Below, in pieces: positions 13,089-25,981 of a DNA stretch of 64,000 nt; within the stretch, counting starts at the first letter, position 1, and every line of letters starts with the position of its first letter. Origin of the DNA: Tubulanus polymorphus (taxonomy: Eukaryota; Animalia; Nemertea); NCBI RefSeq assembly GCF_964204645.1, contig NC_134036.1:682001-746000 (forward strand). The letters are read 5' to 3'. The position numbers and the translations under genes were made by a program. The notes under the pieces were generated by a model that made no database searches, had not been told where the DNA came from, and was given only the letters and a program-made list of their open reading frames with translations.

Positions 13089-14669
13089 GATTTGTTTTTC
13101 AAGTCTTTCTGATCGTCGTCAAGGAATTCGCTCCTCGACGACGGAAATTAAATCATAATAATAATTATCATTATCAATATCTATATATTTATATATATAA
13201 CTTATACAAATTTTCAGTCTACACAGTTTTTTGATAGGGTAGAAAAATCTAGATCAAAGTTCAGATGAAAATTCAAAGCCTGAATGAGCGAGTGAGTTAT
13301 TGCGGGCAGCCCCCGAAAATAATCATACGGACCTTCGTTTTCAGTTTGAATTAAGATTGAATTTCTAAACCCGGGGCTCAACCTAAATCACAGGGCCTGG
13401 TTTTATATAGACTGGTATCAACTTTAACCCGGAGACTAACTCAGTTGAAAATGGATTAGCCCCCCGGGTTAAAGGTAATACCAGTCTATAAAACTGGGAT
13501 TTGGGGTAAAAGCTTTGGTCCACCTTGGTTCTATAGCCAACTTAAAGACCAGTCTTATGATTTTAGACCATTTCTGAACTTAAACTATGGTTGTGATCCC
13601 AGTTTAGAGAGAAGAAAATCGTGTAATTGTAAAATGGCTCCTTGAAATTGGCTTCAAATTTTTTGTTATCAGACGAATTTTCAAACTTTAATTTTTCCAT
13701 CCACAATTTTACAGTAGACTGCGCGCGCGCTCGCCTCTCATTTCACGCTGCACCAATTAATTTACTCGCGAAAAACAGCAAGTGAATTCCAGAACAGTTT
13801 GAGGAAATTCATTTTAAACATACCATTTGTCCTCATAATCGGAGGCAAGTGCAGTCTTCTGTAAAACGAAAAATACTATACACGATTTTTGTACCTTACT
13901 CGGTACTTAAAAATTTGTGCACGGTTAATTTAAAAAAAAAAAATAAAACAATATTCCATTCAATTTGACAGATAGATATTTGCACCACAGAGAACGAACG
14001 CAACTTAAAAAGTTGAGCCGGTCACTGACGAAAATATTCTTAAAAAAATACAAACAAAATAAATGTTCAAAGGCTCACTTACTCTGCTTAGCCATTTATC
14101 GAAATAAAAAAGAAATGCATGATTTTTACATTTCAACTTTGAGTAAGGAATATTCACAAAACTTAATGAATAGAGACTCATTGTAAACGACTCATCCATA
14201 CAATTTAAAATCAGTACAAAATATTTTGTTCGGAAAGTTATAGGACGCCCGCTACCGAGCGCCTCCATAGAAGAATTATTCAAATATTTCTCTCGAGGGA
14301 GAATGCTACAATGAGATTCCATACTCTCTCTCCATAGAGAATGCCACAATGAGATTCCATTATATTTTGTATTTTTTCCAGAAAGAGAAGCCGACACAAT
14401 AATAGTGCTGTTACTGTGACCGTTGGATACTTACTTAGTTACGAATATAGAATAAACGTATTTTTGTCGTCGTTATAAAATCGGCTGTAAAATGTGAAAA
14501 CGGTATAAAATTGTTGTAACTAAATTTTCATCGAACAAAAATGGCCGACAATCGTTAACACCCCAGGCAATATTTCTTTAAGTTTTAATTATTTCTTAAG
14601 TTTTAGTTTATGTTCTAATCAGGATTTATCTCTAAGGATAACTTTGATACGAGCACACCTAGCAACCAG

Positions 14670-14776
14670 GGCCCAGTTTCACAAAAAGGTTTAACTCTTA
14701 AATTGATTTCATTTCTACATTAATCCGGTTTATCTTAAATCGATATAGGCCTTAATCCTTTTTGTGAAACTGGGCC
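14670..14776. mobile_element. MITE with perfect 20-bp TIR and CAG TSD, inserted in the end of another MITE
   Basis: GGCCCAGTTTCACAAAAAGG / CCTTTTTGTGAAACTGGGCC; CAG at 14667-14669 and 14777-14779; host MITE continues to about 14870. Confidence 0.8.
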
Positions 14777-15689
14777 CAGTTCCACAGTTCAGAGTTAAGA
14801 ATTCATTCGAAGTTTAGTTATTGAAAATTAAACTGATTTAACTCAAAAACTCACTGGTAGAACTGGGTCTAAGACTCTGTTCATCCTGTGGTATAAAACC
14901 GGCCACTGTTGTAAATACTGTTACCCAAAAAAAGTTTTCAAAACAAATTTTACACAATCTGATTGATGACAATACTCATAAACGAATTACCATAATCTCG
15001 ATGCAACTACGATTAATTAACTCGTTAATTAATTAAGTATGCTAACTAATTCTTCGCTTGAGATCATTGTCGTAAAACTGCATTTGAAAAAAATTAAGTA
15101 CTCCATAATTCAGAGTTAGATGAGGGAACTCTCTCCGTCCCTCCCTCCTCGCGAGGCCTAATTTCAAACATCTTATTCTAATTTTCTTTCATTCGAAGAA
15201 ATCTCTAATAATTCCAGACACAACATCTAAACTAATTCAACTCTATATCAACTAGTTTTATATTTAACAGATTTACACGACTATGACTCAAGGGCGGGGG
15301 GCAAGACAATGACAGGTGGCTCCACCTATATTTTACAATCGAGATGAATCGATGATACGCGCTCTGACACTCACTCACGCTGCAGACACGACCTTCTCGC
15401 GTAAATTTAAATTAATACATAAATAATTTTTTATCGATTAATCGGGATAATATAATTACTAATAATTATAATAATAATAATTACACACATACACGATGCA
15501 ATTATAGTCGGACTGGTTGCCTGAGACGGGGAACCAGTCCGTGCGCATTCGGCCAATTAAACGCGAGATATGTACAATAATGGCGACAGTTATTTCTTTG
15601 AAAAGTTTCACTTAAAAGCTCTGCTTATAATGCGTGGAAACTAAACTCAATCATCGACGAACAAGAATTGATGAATTGACTTTTCCATC

Positions 15690-15985
15690 AGGTGCTTCCC
15701 CCTAGTGTCAGTTTTAGATTGAATCACTATCTAATTTGCGCTGCAACCTGGCGACAGTTTCAAAATTGAATCAGTATCCAGCTGGTGCTGCCCCTAGTGT
15801 CAGTTCTAGATTGAATCACTATCTAAATTGCGCTATAACCTGGCGACAGTTTCAAAATTGAATCAGTATCCAGCTGGTGCTGCCCCTAGTGTCAGTTTTA
15901 GATTGAGTCACCATCTAAATTGCGCTGCGACCTGGCGACAGTTTCAAAATTGAATCAGTATCCAGCTGGTGCTGCCCCCTGGTGA
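15690..15985. repeat. 92-bp tandem repeat, about 3.2 copies
   Basis: Units start near 15691, 15784, 15876, 15968. Confidence 0.92.
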
Positions 15986-16302
15986 TATTCTAAGATCGAA
16001 GCGATACCAAAACGACAACGTAAATCAACAACAGAGCGATGAACTTCCGTAGTCACGACGACTCGCGATTTCCTCGAACACAACTCTCAAACATTTCAGT
16101 AATGACGACGATGATGATGATAATGAAATGTTATATATAATATTCAGTGTTAATGTGTATATAACGCATGAAACATGCAAAAATAGCGCTTTCTGATTCG
16201 TATAAAATTCGATGGTTGTTTTTAATACTCAATTTCTCTTGATTTTTTCTTTTCTCGCGTCAAAGTATTTATATAATACAGGAAGGCGTACGTTGTGTTG
16301 AC

Positions 16303-16566
16303 GGGCGGACGAACCCCCTACGGATTTCTATAACCGGTAGGCAGGCGGACGAACCCCCTTCGGATATCTATAACGGGTAGGCAGGCGGACGAACCCCCTA
16401 CGGATTTCTATAATGGGTAGGCAGGCTGACGAACCCCCTACGGATTTCTATAATGGGTAGGCAGGCTGACGAACCCCCTTCGGATTTCTATAACGGGTAG
16501 GCCGGCTGACGAACCCCCTTCGGATCTCTATAACGGGTGACAGGCGGACGAACCCCCAACGGATTT
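16303..16566. repeat. 40-bp minisatellite, about 6.5 copies
   Basis: GCAGGCGGACGAACCCCCTTCGGATTTCTATAACGGGTAG. Confidence 0.92.
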
Positions 16567-17244
16567 TGATGAGTCTTTATTCAACGCTAGGCGTATGTAA
16601 TAAATGCAGTAATTTTGCTTGTAAACGGGGTCCGGAATTACACAGTCAATTCATTTAAAGCTCAAACTGTTTTTAAAAAAACCGAACCCCGAGCTAAGTA
16701 TTTCATTGATTTGTCTTCTTACGACAGTTCTAAAACTGCTGGACCCAGTTCAACAGTTGTTCTTCCTTAAATTTAGATTTTTAGAGTTTGATAAGTTCAT
16801 TTACAACTAGTCGACTAGAGGCCAGTTCCATAGTCAAGATTTAAGTCCCAAAACGGTCTTAAGTCTTAAGACAGGTCTGAAGTTGTGAGATCGGCTTTAG
16901 AGCTTTAGTGTTAAGACTGGTCTCAAATCTCAGCCACGACTATGGTGCATCTGACCCCACGTCCTGATGTCCGCGACTGTCTCCAACAATGGAACTGGGT
17001 CCCGTGAATTCATTTGTTCTAAAAGCAAACAATATTACGATTGTCTTCATTTCGAGCCGTGCTCTCAGAGTTTAGCCTAAGCTTGAATAGTAAAATGTAC
17101 AGAGACGCTGCTGTAACTTATGAAAAACACATTATGAAAATCCTCAAGCACCGTTAGTTGTTTGCGCCGATAGATAACCTCAAATTCTACAATTATCTTC
17201 ATCGCGTAAAAAAGATTGTCCTTTTCTTTTTATACCAACCTTTA

Positions 17245-17297
<53 letters not shown>

Positions 17298-17803
17298 TAA
17301 TATATATCTGATAATAGTTGACGATCATCGTAATTAATTCTCGATTAATTAATAATAAACGAACAATTCATTAATCAGCAGATGATAATTAGAGCTTTTT
17401 TTCATTCCGTTCCCATGACGACTTCGCGCGCGCGTGCATATACGTTTCCTTGGAAACCGTCCTCCTCCGTTTTGTTTTTGATCCTGAGAGGTTTGTTGAG
17501 AAAACGAGTTTTACATTTTTGTTTCGTTTCTTTACGTTATTTCTTTCGAAACGCACACATTTCACACAAATATTGTTCCCATTACGTTGCTACGACGACG
17601 ACGGGCAGAATAAAGCGAACGCAATTCGCTTTTGAAATGCTTTATATCGTAACGACTCGGTCCATCATAACGACTGTAAGCGCCACCTATTGATAGTCCT
17701 ATCTATTAGACTAGCGCGTTTAATATAGTTTTATAGTTCGTTTCCAAAGTCGATGATATAAATAGTATTGTTTCTGCCCGTCGTTTTTGTTCGTGAGCGC
17801 CAC

Positions 17804-17902
17804 CTAGCATTCGAATTCTTGTTGCGTAATAGCGTTCAGATCTTTCATGATTCCCTCCAGATTCGCCATTTCAGCGGACAATTCCTCGGCGCTCGACGAC
17901 TT
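17804..17902 (-). CDS. NEO1: Neogenin last coding exon: P3 motif
   Basis: [32 protein letters not shown]; TTCCAG acceptor. Confidence 0.95.
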   Translation of the reverse strand, partial: KSSSAEELSAEMANLEGIMKDLNAITQQEFEC

Positions 17903-20900
17903 CTGGAATAGAAATAACAAAACACGTTGAAGTGAAACGATCATAACCGGAACATGCACTGGCGAGCGAGGTGGAATAATTACCGGAATATCAGATTCTT
18001 CTCCACCGCTTTTACTACCACCACCGCCGGCGCCACCGTGTGGAGCTCTCGGAGTTATCACCGGCATCGGTTGACGGTTTTTCATCGAGCCAGACGGACC
18101 GGCGTTTTTATATGGACTAGTGGTCTTTTGAGGTTTTACTGCAACGAGAAAAGTCATTCATTTACTCACGGTAGGATTGTTCAATGATGTTTAAAAAGAC
18201 CAGATTTGTTGAAATAAATGCCACACACATATATGGTATCAATTAGCAGCCTGGACCAACCACCAAACCCGTCAAGCTTTCAAATGTGACAATTTTTGAA
18301 AGTGCGCTGATAAACTGTCTAATGTCTGGTGTTTGTAGTTCATTTTCAATTAAAAAAATGTCTCAGGTGAAGCACTGAACACATGTGAAGTGTGGACGAT
18401 CAGTTTTTGAAAGTGTGCTGATAAAATGTCTAATATCTGGTGTTTGTAGTGTATTTTCATGTCTTAAGTGAAGTTGTGAACACACAATATGAAATATAGA
18501 GGATGAGAAATTTGAAGAATGGTCAAGGTTCCTCCAGGCTGCTTGTATTAAGTGCTGAGGTTATTATTAGCAATGGCGGCTAAATGGCGCTTTATTCCAA
18601 TATAACGAATTTGACATCGGTTACAAAACGACTCGTCACGTACACAGCTGTCTTCTGCCTAAAAGTGCGGCTAGATTCACAATCATGCTATCGATACGCA
18701 AAAGAAAATTGTTCAACACATAAATCACGGGAATCTTTCCCCGGTTAAACGATTAAAGTGATTAGTGATAGTAAGTGCTACAAACGAACAGCAGGGACGC
18801 CAGACCCGGGCCAAAACATAGATCCACCTAGAATGAATTGTTAAAATATCCTGTTTCCAATTTCTGAACACCCAAAAATAGCAACAAAGTTTAGGGTAGA
18901 ATTTGTAAAAATGTTTGATGCTCACGACAAATTTCATCAATAACTTGGTTTTTTTCTTTAGATAAATCCCTCCCAGTTGTGGCATGTTGGGTTATGGTGC
19001 GTTGTGTGCTTGAGGAAGGACTCGGTGCTGTTGTTGGCTGCGCGGTATAAATACGGGAGGCGGGTGTGGAATATGGAGGGACCGGTGTTGGTAAAATCAA
19101 AAACATGCAGGTTAAGATAATCAAGCAAACTAACGCTGTAGTTCATGGCAAAGCACCTTATACAATCAAACTCGCTTATATTATCACGTTATAAGTCATC
19201 TCTATTTACATGGGTCAAAATTTGTATACCTTTCTAATTCAACTGATATTATCGCTTGGATAAGTTATCAGAATAAATAAATCATCCCAATTAAGATGAT
19301 TTAAGCGACTTTGACTATAATATCAATAATTTTGTCTAATTTGTTAAATTCAAATTCTACAGGACCCATTTCCGCAGTTCACTCTGTTAACTCTGACTCA
19401 AATCCTAACTCACAACTGCAGAATTGGGTCCAGAATGCTTGATTATCGATAAAACATTAATTGTAGGGAACAGTTTGTTATGAGTTACAATATGGAAACA
19501 ACAAATTCGGGTACTTTCTCTTGAGAACAAGTTGACTGTACTATACTCAGGTACTACTACATCTTATTAGGACAGTTTCATGATCAAAACGACATTAATT
19601 TGACTCCCGAGTCAAGAGGTGAACAGCACAAAACAGATTAGAATCATAGCTTCACGATAATATGTTTCAAGTTCAACGGTTAACGAGTAGCCATTTTCCG
19701 ACACCAGGATTTCTGATGTTTCAGATGGTATGCCTATAACCGTGCGAACTTGCAATTAATTACCGTGAAGCTAGACTGATAATCAATAATGAGTGACAAA
19801 GTCACATCTACACAGGACAAATACAATCATAGAAGCCACCTGTACATTAAACATCCTACGGACTCTAAATTCCCGTATGACATCATCAAACAGAGACCAC
19901 AAGATCTATAGACTTTTGCGCAAATGGTTGACATCAAGTAGCATGATTGGGTCGCAGAAATAGATAACATGTTTCAACAGATCCAATTACTAGTGGGCAG
20001 TATGAGGGTGTCATACAGGGATTTAGGAGGCTGACATCTTTTATAGAATGGTCTATGCACAAAGAATGTGGTTTCACATCTATTGCACTGGAGTATATCA
20101 GTCAATCGAAAGATTTACAACCAAAGCAAAATTGAAAGTAGACCTTCGAAATCAAATGGTTTAAAAATTTCCATATACGGGAATCACCCCTCCCCCCTAT
20201 GATGATGTACAGTCAACAAGTTAATCTCAAATGAGTGATAGTACCTATCGATCTAGAGGGCGTACCAGGCACACTGCATAACGATGGCGGAGGCGAGGGC
20301 ATCGTGAAACTCTTCAACGGATGACCGGACCGATGAGGTAATGACTTCGAGCCCTCGCTCGGTGTCGATGATCTCGATAATGAATCGCACGCCTGGTCGT
20401 ACGGCAACGGGTACTGTTGGTTATACACGGAAGGGGACTCTGGCGACTGGGGGCCTGAAATAAGATAATACGACTTCAGCGATTGGTTGGTTAGTTCAGT
20501 AGACAAGACAAGACAGGTGATTGGTCGGAACTAGAAGCCAAAAGTATCTCTTCTAAAATTGGGAACGTAAGAATTGAGAAAATCTCGAGGTAAGATTCGC
20601 GTAAATATTGATCAACTGTTCCAGCTAATCTACGTTGTGATTGGTCAACAAGACAAGTGATCTGTTGTTGAAGAAAAATGTGTCGGACTAGGTGATTGGT
20701 TGAAACTATGTTACGAGACAGGTGATTGGCTAGATTAGTTATCAATGGTTAATCGGTTGGCAAACAGGAGAAAATGAAGTCTGAAATAAAGAATTCAAAA
20801 AATGAAAGAATAAAATATGTCCAATAAATAATTTTTCTAATATGTTTTCGCTATAACTGGTCATATTCCAAATACGATTCCAGATTATAATAACAAAGTA

Positions 20901-23900
20901 CTTCAAACTGTATAGAAGTGCATGAGTTATAAGTACTGATGAGTTATACTAAGGAATTGTATTTGAAATAGGCGAAAAATTAAGGAAAACAATATTGAGT
21001 ACTTTTTAGGAATCTTAGGGCAATCCTCGAAGCAAATTTATCAATGAAGTTAAATGATTGTTCCCAATGGAATTACTAAAGAAAGATTTTTAGCTAAAAA
21101 TTCATGAATATTGACCACTGAATGAAGCTATACGTATCTAGTATCTAGTTAGTTTAATTTCAAGTCAATCTTCTACGAGGTTGAGGAAAAATAAAAATAG
21201 AATCTGAGAGAACAAGCTATAGTTCCTATTTGAATAGTATCACATCGACTACAAGGTTACGTGGAGCCACAGACTGATGTCTACTTTATCCCATGGTTAT
21301 AGAACCTAACACATTTACTGTGATCCCATCACGGCAATGCCATGGGGAATTACAGTAACAAGTTTATTGCTGCTATTTCAACTTTGGTTTCGAAATAGCA
21401 CCGAATGCTGGTTAGTTTATCAGACAAATGCTAGAGAGCGCCACTATACCATGTCACGGAAATATAGCGTTGAATGTAACGTTTTTTATAAGACGTTTTA
21501 TTTTGATACAGTCTATAAACCAAGCCCCTCGAAAGAAAGTTTATTAGTCGTGTTTCTATCGTCAATCGACGAAAATAAAAATCCAACGAAAAAAAAAAAA
21601 ATCTATTATTAATTTCTGCCGATTATATCATCGATATGTTTGTTACTAAGCAACGAGGCGTAGCGCGTGAAGGAAATCACCTTCGATATGTTCATGAAGC
21701 GGTTGTCGACTGAGGTCCGGCGACGATTTCACAGCAGACGCAGGATATTTCAATCCTAAAAACATTTCCATCGACAAAACACATTGAAACGCCAGAGACT
21801 ATGAGATATCAATTAACGATATAATTTGTAGGCAGATCCAGAGATGAACGTTCTCAGGCTTTAATCGCAATCACACTGAAGACAATTTGGCCCGGTCAAA
21901 CTGACCCGGAACAGACCAAGTCTAATTTCTAGCCAGTGTTTGATCAGAAAGCCCATTTTTGCCAAAGTCCTTCACTTGTTACTGAAACGCTATGAAAACA
22001 ATGCTGTGGCAAGTGTGAGGTAACTCACTTCCAGAACCAGTTAGCGAAGTGAATTTTTGTCTTGGATTATTATGTTTCTATCAATTCAAATCAGGGTCTT
22101 TGATTATTCTATGTTGCAGTATATTTCCCTGTTAATTCATCCAAAAACCTGGATCTGCCCTGCAGTGTATATATAGGTGTTAACTGCACCTATGATAGAG
22201 TGGGATATGAACGGTACCTGAGCTGGGTTGAGACATGTCTCCGGCGTGAACGCGTGGAGTGCTTCCGTATCCGGTGTTGTACTGCGTACGTGGATATACC
22301 GGTCTCATCGGGATCGGTCCGCCCCCGCCTCCATCGCTTATATGACCGTTCGGTATCGTCGTGGCGATCGCTATAGCTACAAATAATCAACACACCAATG
22401 ATGACGATTAATCGTTGTAGTTAATATCACGATTGCAGTGGTTCAAAAGTTGGTTAAGGTGTCACTATATCTGACATAATGACACCTTACAAGAAAAGAA
22501 TTGATTCAGTGTTCATTCTTAAATCAATTTTTCAATTTTGTCTCAACCCTATAACATCTATTTATTGGTTAATCATAATCAATCTGGATACTTACGATCG
22601 CGTGGATACCCGGCGTCGACGGGAAACGCGATTCCTTTCGATTTAATCGGACGCATCGGGCGATATCGATCCTCCGATATACGACGTTCGTGATGGTGCT
22701 GGTGTAACTCATACCGCGGCGGGTCACCTGTGGAAATATCAATCAGTATTTACTGAAACGTTACATTCATTCATGGTTTACTAAAAGAAGGATAAAGGAC
22801 TACAGTCTTATATACTTAGTCCAATCTGGGATATAATAATATTACATTATTGTAACAAGTCTCAGGCTACGACCACTCAATCTATGTAGCTGTTAGAAGA
22901 TGGTTTTCCCCAGATTTGTTTTATTGCAGTTACAAAGGACTTAAACACAAGGCCCTGGTTTCATATCAAAGTAACAAAGACATATCCTCAATCGGGATAA
23001 CTACTGCCTTCGTAACAACGAGAAACCTTGTTAATAACTGGTAAATTTCAAAATGTTCCCAGGGATTATTTAGCCGCACACATTTAAGAAACTAAACCAA
23101 GGTCTTATAAGAAAACAGACTCATCACTATAAGACCAAGTTCTCGAATCACTTTAGGACAGTTTTCCGATGGTCTCTGATTAAACTTACTGTTGAATGAA
23201 TTTCGTCGTTTTTCTAACGGGATTTCGTCTAAATCCTGTGAGTTACGCGGTATAGGAGTATCCGTCATCGACGTCTCTTCACGTTTATCCATCCCTTTCA
23301 GTTCCATCTGTTCATGGTGAATCCACAGATCCGGAGGTTTCAGATCTTTTTGCGGACCTTTCGGATTTTTCGCTTTGCTCGAAGCTTTATAACCACCGGG
23401 CCTAGAATAGAACAACGATCTCGTATTAGTTTCTAGGGATACAGTAACAAGGGTCCCAAAATCTCCTGCCTTTTTATCAGCATTCTCTGCCTGGCAAGGT
23501 AATAAAACCACTTCTGGGCTGTAGTTGTTCAAAAGTTGGTTAAAGATAACCGTTAGGTAAATACTGTAGTATCAATGAACTTAAATTGTCACTATGTCAA
23601 CTATCCACTGGTTAACTTTAACCAACTTTTGAGCAACTGCAGCGCCTGCCGGATACACAACAGCCGATATCCTGATATCCTGAGGCTGTCAGTTCCACAG
23701 ACAAGGCTTACTATTAAGACTAGTCTCACCTCATTTAGGTCATATTACATAATGAATCCAACAACTTAAGACCAGTCTTACTAGATAAGATCGCGTTCAG
23801 ATTTCAGTCATAACTGTGAACAACTGGGTCTAAGACACATCTTAGATCTTACACTCATTCCGGCCACAACCGACCTAACGAATAACAGCCCGGTCTATCA

Positions 23901-25925
23901 TCAGTGGAAACATGTTTTACAACTTACTTTCTATTTTTCACTTCACTGCGGTTACGTCGATTTCGCGTTGCTAAGAAGATGACGACGACGGCAATAGAGA
24001 TTACAGTTACTCCGGCAATTACTCCAATTACAATCCATAAGAAGTTCGGACCATCGCTCGATTCTGTAATTGACAAATTAATCATTATTTTGAATGCATT
24101 CCTAGAGGAAACGATCTGTTCTTTTTAAGTGTAGGATTTTATGAAGAGTCAGATTTGGCTCATCGAGGGTTATATTTTACGTTTACCTTTTTTCAGGTGA
24201 TAAGCGACGACCGGACTCATCGGTCCGTATCCTTTACTGTTACGCGCTTGTATTTTGAAATAGTACGTACGATCGGGCTTCAAGTCTCTTATCGTCGTCG
24301 ACAACCGGTCGCCGAGCACGCCCTCGACGGCCCACTGACGATCTTTCAACGTCGGATCATGCGTATAAAACAATAGGTAACCTAGACAACGACGATAACA
24401 ATTCAAATTCAGTAAACCCGGTAATGTTCTGATGATGAGATATTCAAGACACTGATGATGTGGTTGACTGAATGACTGACTTGCTAGAATTTCATTTTCA
24501 TCCAATTCTAAGGGCGTGGCCTCTGTTATTCATATGGGATATTGTGGATGTCATTCTTTCAGGGGCTGCAGTTGCTCAAAGGTGAAGATAACCTTAGTAA
24601 CAATGCAGTTTCAAATCGCCACAAAGTCAGTGATAAATTCACGTTGACCTACTTTTTGGACAACTGCAACCCCAGATTTTAATATATGTAATTTCATATG
24701 CACTTAAAGGGGGCAGATTTAATGGGGAATAACGAATTTCATCTTTTTTTAGTTCATTAAATCCAAAATCATTTTGTAACTTTGATAGAGACGAATTTGT
24801 TAAGATCTGCTAGAGATACTTGGTGTGCGTCGATTCTACTAAGAATTTAACACTCAACTATTGAGAATATATAACTATGAGATAAACATGACTTCATGAA
24901 GAGAGTCCGGTAGTGTGCACTCTATACACCTATATATTTACGAGTCTAAACTCTGTAACAAGTTGAACACAATGTAGAGAGAGGGTTGAGATAGAGCGAG
25001 GGGGTGTGGCAGGGAGAGTAGAGCGAGGGGGTGTGGCAGGGAGAGATAGTTGGTGCAGCAGTATTGTTTGCAGTTCAAAGGGGTAAAGTTTAGATACAGT
25101 TTGTGCAGAGAGAGACAAAACAAGAACAAAGACAAACATTGACACAAAGACACAGTATGATGAGAGAGGGTGGAAGTTCAGTTGACACTGGATGGATTCT
25201 TACGTTTATTGATTATCTATGCTGTATTTTGGCTACAAATTCTGAACCAATTTTTTTAACAATCAGGGGCTGTGTTAAAACTAGGATCAATAAGAACTAA
25301 TTCAAAATATAACTAAAATTTGCTCATAAACCTCTGCGAGGATTGAATGTTATCTAGATACCATCATGCAATCTAGTTTATTTCATTCTACGCTGCAAGT
25401 TATTACATGAAAATAAGGCTATCGATTTTTAAACTGTTATCAAAACGAATTAAGACTATTATCGAAACTAGATGTTAAACTATACCAAAACTTAAACATC
25501 AAAGAGATTTCAATAGGGGCCATTCAGTAAGTACACCAAGCAAAATTTTGTTGATTTGCCCTCTCGCTTGTGTAATATGTACATCAGCAGGTAAGGTCAT
25601 TTTCTGAGCTCCTTACGCCTATGCATATGTACATACCTAATGAACGGACCCTACTGCAGCTCCTTTGAGTCAAAAGAGCCCAAATCAGGTTAATAGCTAA
25701 TTTCAATTAAATATTAGTCTATCAAACTAGGTTTCCAAAGATTGTGTAAAGACTACAAAAACAAAATTGGTCAATATCTAATCAAAGAATTGGTCAGTAT
25801 CTAATCAATGAATTGGTCAGTAACTAATCAATGAATAGGTCAGTATCTAATCAATGAATAGGTCAGTATCTTAGTAATAAATTGGTAAGTACCTAATTAG
25901 AGTATATATAAGAGTATATATAAGA

Positions 25926-25981
<56 letters not shown>

